A stretch of 64,000 nt of DNA from a bacterium (GCA_019751945.1 JAIEMT010000001.1:6635-70634), one strand, 5' to 3'. Counted from the first letter of the stretch, positions 29,752-40,219 are shown. Numbers and translations: made by a program. Notes: generated by a model from the letters alone, not told the origin.

Positions 29752-32019
29752 ATGAAATCACAATGGATTGTGATGTCGATAAACGCCTTAGGGACGATGC
29801 TTTACCTCACCCAGCCCATGAGCTGGGCTGCGGACACTGCTCCGCGCGCCGACGAATACAAACGCGTCGTGCACCTCGATTGGGACGAAATTCCTGATGC
29901 TGAAACTTATCAAGTTGAATGGCTTGCCGGCCCGGTTTGTCGAAAAAGTCTGGGCAATGGAAATACGGAAAAGCCCGCTTGGGACAACCGACTGCCTCCT
30001 GGAAATTACTGTGTTCGCGTACGTGGCGTGGGCATTGATGAGCAAGAAGGTGAATGGTCCGACTTCTATCGAATTGAATTGAAACCTCGTCCGCCTCAGA
30101 ACCTCAGCGTCGCCGGTAACAAGGCCGTTTGGGAAAAGAATCCCTACGCGAAGTCGTATCTGGTCGATTTGAAGGATGCCACGGGCAAAGTGGTGATGAC
30201 TCGGGAGGTGGCCCAGCCCGAAGTTCAGTTGCCAGATAATCTTTTGAAAGATCCTCGTTACGCCGGAAAGAATCTCAGTCTCTCCGTTCGAGCGAAAACG
30301 GAAAATGCTCCGCTCTCGCAGATTGTCACCCAAGAGTTCACGAATCCGTTCGGTGGCGCTTCCGGTGGACCGATTGCAGATATCGCGCAGAAAAATGCGG
30401 CTAAGAAACCTCTGACGTTTGAAAATGCTGTAGAGACCTACCGCCTCACGGGTGAGCGTGTGGCTCCTCCGTCTGCGCAGGAATGGGCTGCAGCGAAGAG
30501 TCCCGAGCAGCAAGAGAAACTCCGTCAGCGTCAATTGCTGAGTCAGAAAATTCAGCTTTACGATGTAGAAGAACGCAAGCACTCTCCCTACATTCGCGTG
30601 AAAGCGGGATTCATTTTTGGTCCTTACGTTTACACGTCAAAGGTTCCGTCCAATGCTTCGAACCCCAGTTTGAGCCAAGTTGAAACGCAGACCCAGAACG
30701 GCTGGTCCATCGGCTATGGCTTAGCCGTGCGCTACGATCCAGGCGGACCTTGGGGTGGTTTCCTCCGGTTCAACTATCGCTCAGCGAGCCACGGACATTC
30801 CCGCAACTTCAGCAATTTTGCGCTGGGAGGGGAGCGCCACTTCCTCTTAGACAAAGCGTCGGATTCCTTCTTAAGCATTGGTTTGGGGGTCGAGTACAGC
30901 GAACAATCCTTGGGAGTGGATGAAACGGATTCCAGTTCGGGCTCGAGTTACTTCTCATTCCCGTTCGCAGTTTTGGGTGGAACCGTCAACGTGCGCCATC
31001 GGTTCCGGATGAACCCGCGTTGGCAGTGGGAAACCGCAGCCTTCTTTAGGTACGCTCCACCGCAAGATAATATTCCCAGTCGAGTTCCCGGCGTGACTGC
31101 CACGGGCATGAACGGCATCGGATATGGAGCCTCCTTTGGCCCGGCTTATCAGTACAACAAGCTCCTCGACCTTCAATTTGGTTTGAGTATCAGCAGCTAC
31201 GAAGTGAAAAACAGTTCCGGATTCTTAGGTGCTACCTTGGTGGACAGCGGCGCGTACGTTCAAGCGGTTTACAAAATGGATCCGAGCGATGAACGAAATG
31301 CTTGGGCGGAAGCCGCGAAATCTCGCGACTTAAAGAGCACTTGGTCGTTGCGATTGGAACCAGGTCTGACCTCGCGCTATCTCACCAGTTTCAACGTCAC
31401 CGGTTCGGGTTCGACACCCGAAAACGAAAACGTTATCACTCGGCGCGTTCGTGGTGAGCTTCGTCATAAAATCTTCCAGCCGGGACGGTGGAGTATTCTA
31501 GCTGATATGGAAGTGGCAGATTTCACAACCCAGGGGCATCACGCCCTGGAAGGTGGAGCAGGACTTAAGGCGGGTTTTGAAACCTTGCTGCGCGGTCGAA
31601 ATGATATTTCCGGTCTGGTTACTTTGGGCTTGGGACTTCGAAGTGTTCAAGCCACCTATGGCACCCAAGTTCACGAGTTGAGTGCGACGCAAGTGGAACT
31701 CGCAGGTCGTTTGATTAAAGCGTGGAATGATCGGTGGATGGGAGAATTAGAGGCCATGATGGGCGTACCGTTCTCTGTGCGCACCGGCCAGCAAAGTTTG
31801 CGCGACGGAAGCGGCGTGGGTCAAGTCGGCTTCAACTATATGTGGCGCGTGGGTGCGGTAGTGGGTTATCGATCCGGACCGGTCACGTTCCGCGCGGGAT
31901 ATGACTTCCAACATCTGCGCTACGGAATCGCAGGCCGCACGCAGATCGGCGTTTCGATGCTGGATTTCATTTCCTACTCTGAAGACCAGTTCAAGCTGGG
32001 AGTGAGCTGGGATTTCTAA
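29752..32019 (+). CDS. Outer-membrane beta-barrel protein with two N-terminal Fn3-like repeats
   Basis: Signal peptide. Two repeats of the same type as in the upstream gene (YQVEWL...GNYCVRVRGV and AVWEK...YLVDLKD). The C-terminal region of about 450 aa has an alternating amphipathic pattern and ends ...KLGVSWDF (terminal Phe). It starts 9 nt after the upstream gene. Confidence 0.65.
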   Translation: MKSQWIVMSINALGTMLYLTQPMSWAADTAPRADEYKRVVHLDWDEIPDAETYQVEWLAGPVCRKSLGNGNTEKPAWDNRLPPGNYCVRVRGVGIDEQEGEWSDFYRIELKPRPPQNLSVAGNKAVWEKNPYAKSYLVDLKDATGKVVMTREVAQPEVQLPDNLLKDPRYAGKNLSLSVRAKTENAPLSQIVTQEFTNPFGGASGGPIADIAQKNAAKKPLTFENAVETYRLTGERVAPPSAQEWAAAKSPEQQEKLRQRQLLSQKIQLYDVEERKHSPYIRVKAGFIFGPYVYTSKVPSNASNPSLSQVETQTQNGWSIGYGLAVRYDPGGPWGGFLRFNYRSASHGHSRNFSNFALGGERHFLLDKASDSFLSIGLGVEYSEQSLGVDETDSSSGSSYFSFPFAVLGGTVNVRHRFRMNPRWQWETAAFFRYAPPQDNIPSRVPGVTATGMNGIGYGASFGPAYQYNKLLDLQFGLSISSYEVKNSSGFLGATLVDSGAYVQAVYKMDPSDERNAWAEAAKSRDLKSTWSLRLEPGLTSRYLTSFNVTGSGSTPENENVITRRVRGELRHKIFQPGRWSILADMEVADFTTQGHHALEGGAGLKAGFETLLRGRNDISGLVTLGLGLRSVQATYGTQVHELSATQVELAGRLIKAWNDRWMGELEAMMGVPFSVRTGQQSLRDGSGVGQVGFNYMWRVGAVVGYRSGPVTFRAGYDFQHLRYGIAGRTQIGVSMLDFISYSEDQFKLGVSWDF

Positions 32020-32935
32020 TCTTGCTTCCCTGAACGCACCCATTCTTTTCGAGAGTGGATCTCAAAACATTGTGGGGATGCCAGCGTTCCCGGCTCCACA
32101 CTGGGGCTAAACATTCATCCACATGGGTGGCTTGGGCACAAAGTCTTTCTAGATAAATGGACGGATCTAAATGCTCGACGAATTCCAAAACCTGCTCGGC
32201 ATACTCTTCGAGGCTCAGCGTGTGAAACGCCTTCTCTTTCCAGCGGCGAGCCAGCTCGGTATTTTCTAAAATCATCAGTTGGTGCAGTTTCACGCCTTTC
32301 ACTCCCAGTTGATTCAATAAGAGAGCAGAATCTCGAGGGTTGGTCCGAGAATCCGGAGGCGACCCAAACATGAGATGGGCGCAGGTGTGAACGTGAGGAG
32401 CCCGTTCTTTCAATCGGTTCAAGGCATCGATGGAGCTTTGACCGTCGTGGCCGCGCTCTAACCAGAGCAAAGTGGGATCTTCAAACGATTGCACACCGAG
32501 TTCAAGCGAAACGTAACGGCGTTCCGCCAGCTCCTCAAGTAAATCAATGACGGGATCAGGAATACAATCCGGCCTGGTGCCGATACAGAGTCCCGCCACT
32601 TCGGGGTGAGTCAGTGCCGCTTCGTAAATCGTTCTTAGGTAATCTATGTCCGAATAAGTGTTGGTGTAGCTTTGAAAGTAAGCGAGAAATTTCTGAGCCC
32701 CGAAGCGTTCGCGGACTTCAGGAATTCTTTTTTGAATCTGATCCGCTACCGACTTTCCTCGGCCCTGTTTTCCGAAAAAGGAACTCGAACCGCGGACATC
32801 GCAAAAGGCACAGCCGGCTTTAGCAATTGAGCCATCGCGTGTAGGGCAGGTGAGCCCACTGGCAACCACGATTTTATAAGTCTTCGCGCCAAAGGTATTT
32901 TGTAAATACTGGCTATAGGAATAAAGCTGCGACAT
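31991..32935 (-). CDS. TIGR01212 (YhcC-like) radical SAM protein
   Basis: MSQLYSYSQYLQNTFGAKTYKIVV...LTCPTRDGSIAKAGCAFCDV matches the YhcC family N-terminus. The start is trimmed from 32971 to the Met at 32935. Confidence 0.8.
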   Translation of the reverse strand: MSQLYSYSQYLQNTFGAKTYKIVVASGLTCPTRDGSIAKAGCAFCDVRGSSSFFGKQGRGKSVADQIQKRIPEVRERFGAQKFLAYFQSYTNTYSDIDYLRTIYEAALTHPEVAGLCIGTRPDCIPDPVIDLLEELAERRYVSLELGVQSFEDPTLLWLERGHDGQSSIDALNRLKERAPHVHTCAHLMFGSPPDSRTNPRDSALLLNQLGVKGVKLHQLMILENTELARRWKEKAFHTLSLEEYAEQVLEFVEHLDPSIYLERLCAQATHVDECLAPVWSRERWHPHNVLRSTLEKNGCVQGSKIRNPSSLPA

Positions 32936-32945
32936 CTCGTCCGTT

Positions 32946-34100
32946 TTAGAACATGAACTTCTTATTGGCAATGTTTGTCAGAATTGCCACGCAAATCACG
33001 GATGTCAGCAGAGACGACCCCCCATAGCTCATGAAGGGTAAGGGGACGCCTACGATGGGCAATAGTCCGCACACCATCCCTAAGTTAATGAAGACGTGCC
33101 AGAAAAAGATCGTGACTATCCCCAGGGCGAGCAAAAGCCCGAACTTGTCGTGTGACTGGTACGCCACGCCTAGGCCGTTGAGAAGAAAGGCCAAATAGAG
33201 GCCAATTAAGATGATGCACCCGATGAATCCACGCTCTTCCCCCCAGACCGAGAAGATAAAGTCGGTGTGATGTTCAGGCAGGAAGTTCAATTGGCTCTGT
33301 GTACCCTTGCGATATCCCTTGCCGACGAGCTGACCACTGCCAATGGCAATCATCGATTGAATGGAGTTGTAACCCGAGCCTTTCGGATCTGCCATGGGGT
33401 CAATAAACGAGATCAGGCGTTGTCGTTGATAGGGCTTTAAACCAAAGCGATAAACAATGGGAGCTGCGACGACGAAACACATCCCTAAAATCAGCATGGT
33501 GCGCGTTTTCACTCGGTTGAAGAAAATCATGGTCGCTGAAGTGAGCACCAAGATCATCGCGGTACCCAAATCGGGCTGAACAATAATGAGCCCCGTCGGA
33601 ACCAGGACCAAAAGCGCGGGTAGGAGCAGATCCCGGAAGCCGAAGCCCCCCACGGTTCGGTCTGTTTCAAAGTACTTAGCTAAGCACACGACCATCGAGA
33701 GCTTCATGATTTCAGACGGCTGAATGCTAAACGGTCCGATGCCCACCCAGCGCTTGGCACCCAAGGACGAGCGACCGACTACTAACACTGCGGCCAATAG
33801 CAGGAGATTTACGAAGTAGAGGAAGTACCCCAGTCGCGAAAAGATCGAGTAGTGCACGAGCAGAATCACAGCCGTTAAAATGATACCGATTCCGAACCAG
33901 AGCAGCTGGGTTTTATAAAGACCGAGGGATTTATCTTCTACCGCTGTCGCGCTAATCAGATTCCAAATTCCGAGTGCAAACAAAATCACTTCCAGAGCAA
34001 TGAGGCTCCAATTGAACTTTTTGAGTTCTTCTTCGTACATCCCCATTCGGGAAGTTTCGGTTTCAATCGGGGTTGGGCTTTCTAGCGCGGAGTGAACCAT
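32946..34100 (-). CDS. rodA: Rod-shape-determining protein RodA (SEDS family peptidoglycan glycosyltransferase)
   Basis: FtsW/RodA/SpoVE motifs ([21 protein letters not shown], multi-TM). Lies downstream of PBP2. An alternative start at 34046 (MGMYEE) is possible. Confidence 0.85.
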   Translation of the reverse strand: MVHSALESPTPIETETSRMGMYEEELKKFNWSLIALEVILFALGIWNLISATAVEDKSLGLYKTQLLWFGIGIILTAVILLVHYSIFSRLGYFLYFVNLLLLAAVLVVGRSSLGAKRWVGIGPFSIQPSEIMKLSMVVCLAKYFETDRTVGGFGFRDLLLPALLVLVPTGLIIVQPDLGTAMILVLTSATMIFFNRVKTRTMLILGMCFVVAAPIVYRFGLKPYQRQRLISFIDPMADPKGSGYNSIQSMIAIGSGQLVGKGYRKGTQSQLNFLPEHHTDFIFSVWGEERGFIGCIILIGLYLAFLLNGLGVAYQSHDKFGLLLALGIVTIFFWHVFINLGMVCGLLPIVGVPLPFMSYGGSSLLTSVICVAILTNIANKKFMF

Positions 34101-34103
34101 GCT

Positions 34104-36221
34104 CTATTCCTCTTCCTCTCGGCTATCGCTCTCAGAGTCGGCGCCAGCTGGTTTGGGTACAGTGCCCGGCTCGATGCCAATCAAGTTGGGCGCCAGGGGT
34201 GCGACGGGCTTCTGTTCTCGGCGCATTTTGATGGCTGCATCTTCTTCTTCCACCTGCACAACATCGGAATCGTCGGTGTGCTTCGGAATTTTTGGAACCT
34301 TCAGCTGATCCTTGAAGCGAGCCGCTAGAATTTTTTCACCGTAGATATCGGGGTAGTAGGTTTCCAAATATTTTTTGATCACCGCTCGTACAATCGGTGC
34401 TGCTGCAATGGAGCCCCCGCAGCCATGTTCCACGATGGCTGCTACGGCGATGACCGGATCTTTAGCCGGTGCGAATCCGGCAAAAACAGCGTTGTGTCGG
34501 TCGCGGAACTTCATGGTGTCACATTTTTGATAAACTTTATCCGCTGACAAGCGCACCACTTGAACCGTGCCGCTCTTTCCAACGAAGTCCATTCCAGGTA
34601 AGCGCTGATGGTAGGACGTGCCGGTGGGATTGTTCACTACCCCCCAGAGTCCTTGCTTAATGAGCTGGTAGGTCTTGGGTTGCAACCGAGTTTGATCCAG
34701 CACTTCCGGTTTGAATTCCTTCAGAACCTTTCCTTCGTACGACTCAATTTCTTTGACGAGATAGGGCCGATACAGCGTGCCCCCATTTGCAATCGAAGCA
34801 TACAGATTCGCCAATTGCAGACCCGTGGTGAGCACGAAGCTTTGACCGATGCCGACGAGAAGCGTTTCCCCCGCCGACCAAGGCTGACCAAAGCGGCGCA
34901 GCTTCCATTCTTCAGTCGGCATCAGTCCCGGAACTTCACGTGCGAGGTTCACACCTGTTTTCTTGGCGAGTCCCAAGTGCTTGGCCCACATGGCAATCGT
35001 GTCCACGCTCTTCAAAGCCTGTGCTGTTCGATAGAAGAACACGTCACAGGATTGAGCGAGAGCGCTGACCACGTTCACATCTCCGTGACCGCGCTTCGAA
35101 TGGCAGTGATAGATGCGGTTTCCGACGCGCATCGATCCGGTGCATTTGAAGGTGGTGCGTTCGTCAATCACGCCTTCTTCTAAACCCGCAATCGCGGTGA
35201 CCACTTTAAATGTCGATCCCGGGGAGTAGTGGTCTTGCAGAGTCTTGTCGCGAAGCGGATGGTTTTCATTAGCCAAAAGTTTTTGCCAGAGAGCCGGGGA
35301 AATTCCGCGTGAAAACTCAGTCGGGTCAAACGACGGCCGAGAAATCATAGCCAAAATTTCGCCATTTCTAGGATCGACGGCGACCAGAGACCCAATCTTG
35401 TCTTTGAATGCCTCCACAGCGGCCAGCTGCAAATCCTGATCGATGGTCAGAATCAAATTCTTTCCGGGCACCGGAAGTTTCTCTTGATGCGTATCGATCA
35501 CGCGGCTCTTTTCTTTTCCGATCTTGATTCGGCCTAGAGCATCGACTTCTACAATTTTTTCGCCGTCCACGCCGCGAAGCGTGGATTCCAATTCCTTCTC
35601 AAGACCGAACTTCCCGATGACGTCACCCAAAGCGTAGCGTTGGCCTGCCTTGTTCAAGGTGGGTAACTCGGTGGAGTTCACTTCGCCGATGTATCCCAGC
35701 AAGTGCGAAGCCACATCACCGTAAATATTCGTGCGTTTGATTTCCTCTTGCACCTGAACCCCGGGCATGTCGAGGCGCCACGATTCCACCACGGCCACTT
35801 CGTCGCGGCTCAAATCGGTTTTGATTTTCACCGGCATGAAGCTCGGTTGGTTCTTAGCTTTCGCGAGAATTTCGTAAATTTTCGCTTCAGGCATTTGGAT
35901 AATGCGCGACAAAAGCGAAATGACTTCTTTCGATTGCTTGGATTCGGAGAGGTATTGAGGAATGATTTCCAAATCGAAAGCCGGACGATTGTCGATTAGG
36001 AGGCGGTGCTTGCGGTCAAAGAGCATCCCACGGGGAGATGCAATTTTCACCCTCTTGAAGCGGTTTTCTTCAGAGTAGAGGCGCATCTTGTCGCCCGTCA
36101 GAACTTGCAGGTACACCAAGCGCGCAATGAGCAGCCCCAGCCCGATGAAGACGGTGAAGTACAAGAACTTGAACCGTTCTTGAAACTCCCGGATCTGTTC
36201 TTCTTGGCCTAGAAATGCCAT
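34104..36221 (-). CDS. mrdA: Penicillin-binding protein 2 (elongasome transpeptidase)
   Basis: N-terminal TM plus a PBP dimerisation domain (RGMLFDRKHRLLIDNRPAFDL), and an STFK active-site motif in the transpeptidase domain. Confidence 0.9.
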   Translation of the reverse strand: MAFLGQEEQIREFQERFKFLYFTVFIGLGLLIARLVYLQVLTGDKMRLYSEENRFKRVKIASPRGMLFDRKHRLLIDNRPAFDLEIIPQYLSESKQSKEVISLLSRIIQMPEAKIYEILAKAKNQPSFMPVKIKTDLSRDEVAVVESWRLDMPGVQVQEEIKRTNIYGDVASHLLGYIGEVNSTELPTLNKAGQRYALGDVIGKFGLEKELESTLRGVDGEKIVEVDALGRIKIGKEKSRVIDTHQEKLPVPGKNLILTIDQDLQLAAVEAFKDKIGSLVAVDPRNGEILAMISRPSFDPTEFSRGISPALWQKLLANENHPLRDKTLQDHYSPGSTFKVVTAIAGLEEGVIDERTTFKCTGSMRVGNRIYHCHSKRGHGDVNVVSALAQSCDVFFYRTAQALKSVDTIAMWAKHLGLAKKTGVNLAREVPGLMPTEEWKLRRFGQPWSAGETLLVGIGQSFVLTTGLQLANLYASIANGGTLYRPYLVKEIESYEGKVLKEFKPEVLDQTRLQPKTYQLIKQGLWGVVNNPTGTSYHQRLPGMDFVGKSGTVQVVRLSADKVYQKCDTMKFRDRHNAVFAGFAPAKDPVIAVAAIVEHGCGGSIAAAPIVRAVIKKYLETYYPDIYGEKILAARFKDQLKVPKIPKHTDDSDVVQVEEEDAAIKMRREQKPVAPLAPNLIGIEPGTVPKPAGADSESDSREEEE

Positions 36222-36224
36222 CCG

Positions 36225-36791
36225 TTAAAATCCTTCGCCTTCGATTAAAAGTTCATCTTCCAAAAGCTGCTGCGCGCGCGGACTTTTGTAAGTTTTCCAG
36301 TCAAACCATTCGAGCCAGCGGTACACCCAAACCGAAAATGTTCCGGTGATCACAGCGCTTGGAAAAATCAGCGACACGGTGTGCTTCCACTGGTTGTCTG
36401 CTTTGCCCATCAAATACAAGAACAGCAGGCAAATGAGTTTCCAAAGTATCGACGAACCCAGCGTAAGCGCAATCACCGAACCAAAATTTCCAACCACAAT
36501 GACTTTCGCCAACAGCCGCACCAATAAATAGACACACATGTAGGCGATTTCAAAAAGCCCCTGCGGAGCGCCTCCATGCACCTCTCCCAGCGCTGAAACT
36601 AAGAGCACAATCACTCCGCCTTCAATAAAGGGTCGGCGAAGTCCGCACCAAACGGCCACGATCAAAAGCAGATCGGGTTGCAAATACAGCAACGGATAAA
36701 ATGAAAAGAGCGAACTCTGAAGGGCTAAACCCACCACCACCATCAGAACGAAGATCGGGGCGTTCAACCATCTGAGAATAATTCGAGTCAT
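36225..36791 (-). CDS. mreD: Rod-shape-determining protein MreD
   Basis: 188-aa polytopic membrane protein lying between mreC and mrdA. Confidence 0.6.
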   Translation of the reverse strand: MTRIILRWLNAPIFVLMVVVGLALQSSLFSFYPLLYLQPDLLLIVAVWCGLRRPFIEGGVIVLLVSALGEVHGGAPQGLFEIAYMCVYLLVRLLAKVIVVGNFGSVIALTLGSSILWKLICLLFLYLMGKADNQWKHTVSLIFPSAVITGTFSVWVYRWLEWFDWKTYKSPRAQQLLEDELLIEGEGF

Positions 36792-36794
36792 AGG

Positions 36795-37685
36795 TCAGTT
36801 TTTTTTCTCAGGCTTCTCAGTCTTATCCGTTTTATCCAGTTTTTCAGCCTTGTCGGATGTTGGCACCATGGCGTGGTGGATCACCACCATCACTTCTTCT
36901 AACTTTGTAAAATCCACACTTGGACGCACTTCCACTTCTTGTGAAATTCCGAACGACTTGCGATTCACGCGCGAAACTGTTCCAAGCGGAATCCCTTTCG
37001 GGAACATTCCCCCGAGGCCGCTGGAAACCAGTACGTCGCCGGTTTGAATGTCATCGGTTCTCAAAGTGAAGCGCATGGCACAGAGTTCGTCGGTCAATCC
37101 TTCCACCGTGCCTCTTGCGCGTGAGCGTTGGTCAATCGCATCGACCGCGGAGAGCGGGTCCAGAATCGTCACGACGTCGGCCGAATTGGCCGAGGTTCGC
37201 AGCACACGACCCACGATCCCCTCGTTCGTGAAGACCGGCATGTTGCGCTTAATGCCGGAGCTTTCTCCTCGATTAATACGGATGGCTCGGAATTCCGTCG
37301 AAACGTCCTTCGCAATCACTCGCGCCACGACCGTTTGAAACTTCGATTGTTCTTGGAAGTCTAAAAGTTTGCGGAGGCGCAGATTCTCTTGCTGGGATTC
37401 GCGAAGTTCGCTGATAGTGCCGAGAAGTTTGCGGTTTTCTTCAAGAAGCGACAGGTTGTCCTGTCGAACGTTGAAGAGAAAAACGTAGTTTTCAAAGCCC
37501 GACGCCAGCTTGTCCAGCGTCCAAGTAATAGCCGATTGAATGGGCGAGACGATTCCTAAGATCACTTTATCGGGAAGTCGGTAGTCTCGGGGAGCTCTCG
37601 AGGTCGTGTCGATTGCCACGATGGGAATCAGCACAAAAAAGAAGAGAGCTATGTAAAATCGGTATTCTTTCAGATATTTAATCAT
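36795..37685 (-). CDS. mreC: Rod-shape-determining protein MreC
   Basis: N-terminal TM, coiled coil (LLEENRKLLGTISELRESQQENLRLRKL), and a beta-rich C-terminus (VFTNEGIVGRVLRTSANSADVVTILD). Confidence 0.8.
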   Translation of the reverse strand: MIKYLKEYRFYIALFFFVLIPIVAIDTTSRAPRDYRLPDKVILGIVSPIQSAITWTLDKLASGFENYVFLFNVRQDNLSLLEENRKLLGTISELRESQQENLRLRKLLDFQEQSKFQTVVARVIAKDVSTEFRAIRINRGESSGIKRNMPVFTNEGIVGRVLRTSANSADVVTILDPLSAVDAIDQRSRARGTVEGLTDELCAMRFTLRTDDIQTGDVLVSSGLGGMFPKGIPLGTVSRVNRKSFGISQEVEVRPSVDFTKLEEVMVVIHHAMVPTSDKAEKLDKTDKTEKPEKKN

Positions 37686-37756
37686 TTGACTTTCACATCG
37701 TACTGAGATCGATATGTGTTTGCAATTGCTACATTACATTCAAGGGAGTCGTCGAG

Positions 37757-39022
37757 ATGTTGACCTGGATTCGTGAAAAATTTGGAAAGATCCTGATCGG
37801 GGCGATCGTCACTTTCATCGCCTTCGTATTTGTCTTTTACGGAGTTTTTAGTCCGCGTCGAACCCAGGGTTTCCACAGCGGCACCGTTGCCGGAATAGTG
37901 AACGGTGACGCAATCACTTTGAGTGAGTTTAGCAAAGCCCTCGACCAGCGTATGAACTACTTTAAAGCACTGGGCGGCGGTAAAATTACTCCCGAACAGA
38001 TGAAGGCCTTTCGGCTTCGAGAGGGCGTCTTCCAAGAATTGGTGAGCCGTCGCCTCATGCTTCAGGAAGCGGATCGTCAAGGTCTGGTGGCGAGCGATGA
38101 AGAAGTGCGAACCAAGGTGCGCGAGATGCCCGTCTTTCAAAAGGACGGTCGCTTTGATCCGCTGCACTATAAAGAAGTTTTAAAAGCGAATAATTTTAGT
38201 CCGGGTCAGTTTGAGAAGGCGATTCGTGAAGACATTCTGCTCCAACAGTGGGGCAAGTACTTTCAAAACCGCGTGAGAGTTTCGGACGACGAGCTCAGGA
38301 GCGAATTTCTGACCTCACAAGAGAAGCGCGAAATCAAATACGTCCTTCTCACCCCGGAGCTCCTTTATAAGCAGGTCTCGGTGAAGCCGGAAGAACTGAA
38401 AGCATTCTTTGCTGACCCGAAGCGAGCCAACTTGGCGAAAGCTCAGTATGATGTTCGGAAGGACACCGAATTTAAGGGTCAGACGTTTGACCAGGCCAAA
38501 GAAAAAATCGCGACCAGCATTCTGGCTAGCGAGAAAACCGGCGACGTTCAAAAGGTCAGTGAGAAAATGGCCGACCAACTCTTGGCCCTGTTGGGAAGTG
38601 CTGGCGGTGAAGCAAAAGCCAATGCTCTCTTAAAACCCACGGGTGGCGCAGTGAAATCGACGGGTCTCATTGCCAATCAAACTCGCTTCTTGCCGGGCGT
38701 GGGCGAAGCTCCTGAGCTTGTGGCGGATGCGTTTGCAAATCCCAGCCCGATTGATGTGAAGGGCGGCGGGAAAGCCAAGAAGTATCGTTCCGGCGGTTGG
38801 TGGTTAGTGGCTGCGGTGACTCAGTCTGCGCATGCTGATCTCAGCAAGTTCGAAGCCGAGCGTGAGAAGTTGAAGAGCAATCTGATTTCTCGGAAGGAGC
38901 GCGATCTTCAATCGGCTTGGCTCACTCAGCTGACCAAACAAGCGAAGATCGAGCCCAATAAAGATGTGATTAACGACGAGGGCGGCTCGTTTCAAGTGCA
39001 GTCGCCAATGGACGACGGCTGA
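37757..39022 (+). CDS. Membrane-anchored periplasmic chaperone-like protein (PpiD/SurA N-domain-like, no obvious parvulin domain)
   Basis: N-terminal TM (ILIGAIVTFIAFVFVFYGVF) then a SurA_N-like helical region. No PPIase motif recognised in 421 aa. Confidence 0.5.
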   Translation: MLTWIREKFGKILIGAIVTFIAFVFVFYGVFSPRRTQGFHSGTVAGIVNGDAITLSEFSKALDQRMNYFKALGGGKITPEQMKAFRLREGVFQELVSRRLMLQEADRQGLVASDEEVRTKVREMPVFQKDGRFDPLHYKEVLKANNFSPGQFEKAIREDILLQQWGKYFQNRVRVSDDELRSEFLTSQEKREIKYVLLTPELLYKQVSVKPEELKAFFADPKRANLAKAQYDVRKDTEFKGQTFDQAKEKIATSILASEKTGDVQKVSEKMADQLLALLGSAGGEAKANALLKPTGGAVKSTGLIANQTRFLPGVGEAPELVADAFANPSPIDVKGGGKAKKYRSGGWWLVAAVTQSAHADLSKFEAEREKLKSNLISRKERDLQSAWLTQLTKQAKIEPNKDVINDEGGSFQVQSPMDDG

Positions 39023-40211
39023 TCAGCGGGTAGATTGCAATCAACAACCCATAGCAGAAACCGGCTAGCGGCTTGATGCTGTGAAAGCGCATCCAATCCC
39101 GCGCGGGCTTTGGAACAATATCGGAATACGCTAGAGCCATGACCAAGAAGTACGCTGCGGTCGAATACTGCAGAAGGGGTTTCCACTTCTTATCTGCTGG
39201 GGCAATGGACAGGATTCCCAACCAAACCAAGGGTGCGAGCAAGATATAGCTATTGTTCTGACTGAGTGGCGAGAACAGGGCTGTTAGCCAACCCCCAATG
39301 GCAAGTGCGTAAGCCACACTCTCGCGTCCGGGTCGGTGCTTCCACTGGGTGAAAACGGCTCCCAAACCAAAAATTAAAGTGAGCACCTGTCCGTGGAAGT
39401 AGGACAGCTTCACCCCTAAAGAATTGCGCAAAAACGCGTAGACGTTATCGAAGCTGTCCCAGGTTTGGTGCGTGAATTCTGCTAAATCGAGATTCCAAGT
39501 TGTCTGCGTCTCGACAAAAAACTTCCACGACATGAAAGACAGCGGGGCCATGTACCAAAACACTAGGCCGCAGAAGATCCAAGCAAAGAGGGCCACCTCT
39601 CCTGAAGTGAAAATCCAAGCTAGCGCCAGCAAGCCCACGGTTGAAACGGTGTGATATTTCCAGTTCACCAGCATCGACAAAATCAGCGCGACAATGCCCA
39701 AATGTTTTTTCTCGATGATCCAAGCCGCTGAAAAAAATAAGAGTCCCACGGAAAGGATTTCAATTTTTTCCGCAGTGATCGCCGTCCACATCTGGGGTGC
39801 AATGGCGATCCAAAAAAATTGGACGATGGGTAGTTTCAGGACCTCTCGTTTGGGTTTTCTTAAAACGATGGAAGAAAACTCCAGGCATCCAAAAACAAAG
39901 ACTCCCCAAGAAAGTAAGAGATAGACTGCAACGCCCAAGTGTCCCGGTAGGAGCCCCAGAGGCGCGAAAAGAAACATTCCGCATGAGGGAGAGTAAAACC
40001 AATGTCCGGTTTGAACTGCTCCGACCTGAGCGGAGTAGGGGTTTACCCCTCTCCAGAGATCCAATCCCGCCTTTCGAAAGAGATCGAAATAGCTGCCTGT
40101 AATGTCGGCATTCAAAACGCGAAGAAACGCCAAGAAGCTGATCAGACAGAAGGAGGAAATGCCCCAGCGTTGTCGGAGTAAAAGTAAGGGTTTTCGGAAA
40201 ATTTTTTTCAA
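38970..40211 (-). CDS. Polytopic integral membrane protein (possible GT-C / DUF2029-like glycosyltransferase)
   Basis: More than 10 predicted TM segments across 413 aa. No soluble domain. Weak resemblance to GT-C mannosyltransferase-like proteins. Confidence 0.4.
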   Translation of the reverse strand: MKKIFRKPLLLLRQRWGISSFCLISFLAFLRVLNADITGSYFDLFRKAGLDLWRGVNPYSAQVGAVQTGHWFYSPSCGMFLFAPLGLLPGHLGVAVYLLLSWGVFVFGCLEFSSIVLRKPKREVLKLPIVQFFWIAIAPQMWTAITAEKIEILSVGLLFFSAAWIIEKKHLGIVALILSMLVNWKYHTVSTVGLLALAWIFTSGEVALFAWIFCGLVFWYMAPLSFMSWKFFVETQTTWNLDLAEFTHQTWDSFDNVYAFLRNSLGVKLSYFHGQVLTLIFGLGAVFTQWKHRPGRESVAYALAIGGWLTALFSPLSQNNSYILLAPLVWLGILSIAPADKKWKPLLQYSTAAYFLVMALAYSDIVPKPARDWMRFHSIKPLAGFCYGLLIAIYPLISRRPLATALETSRPRR

Positions 40212-40219
40212 TCCAATGC

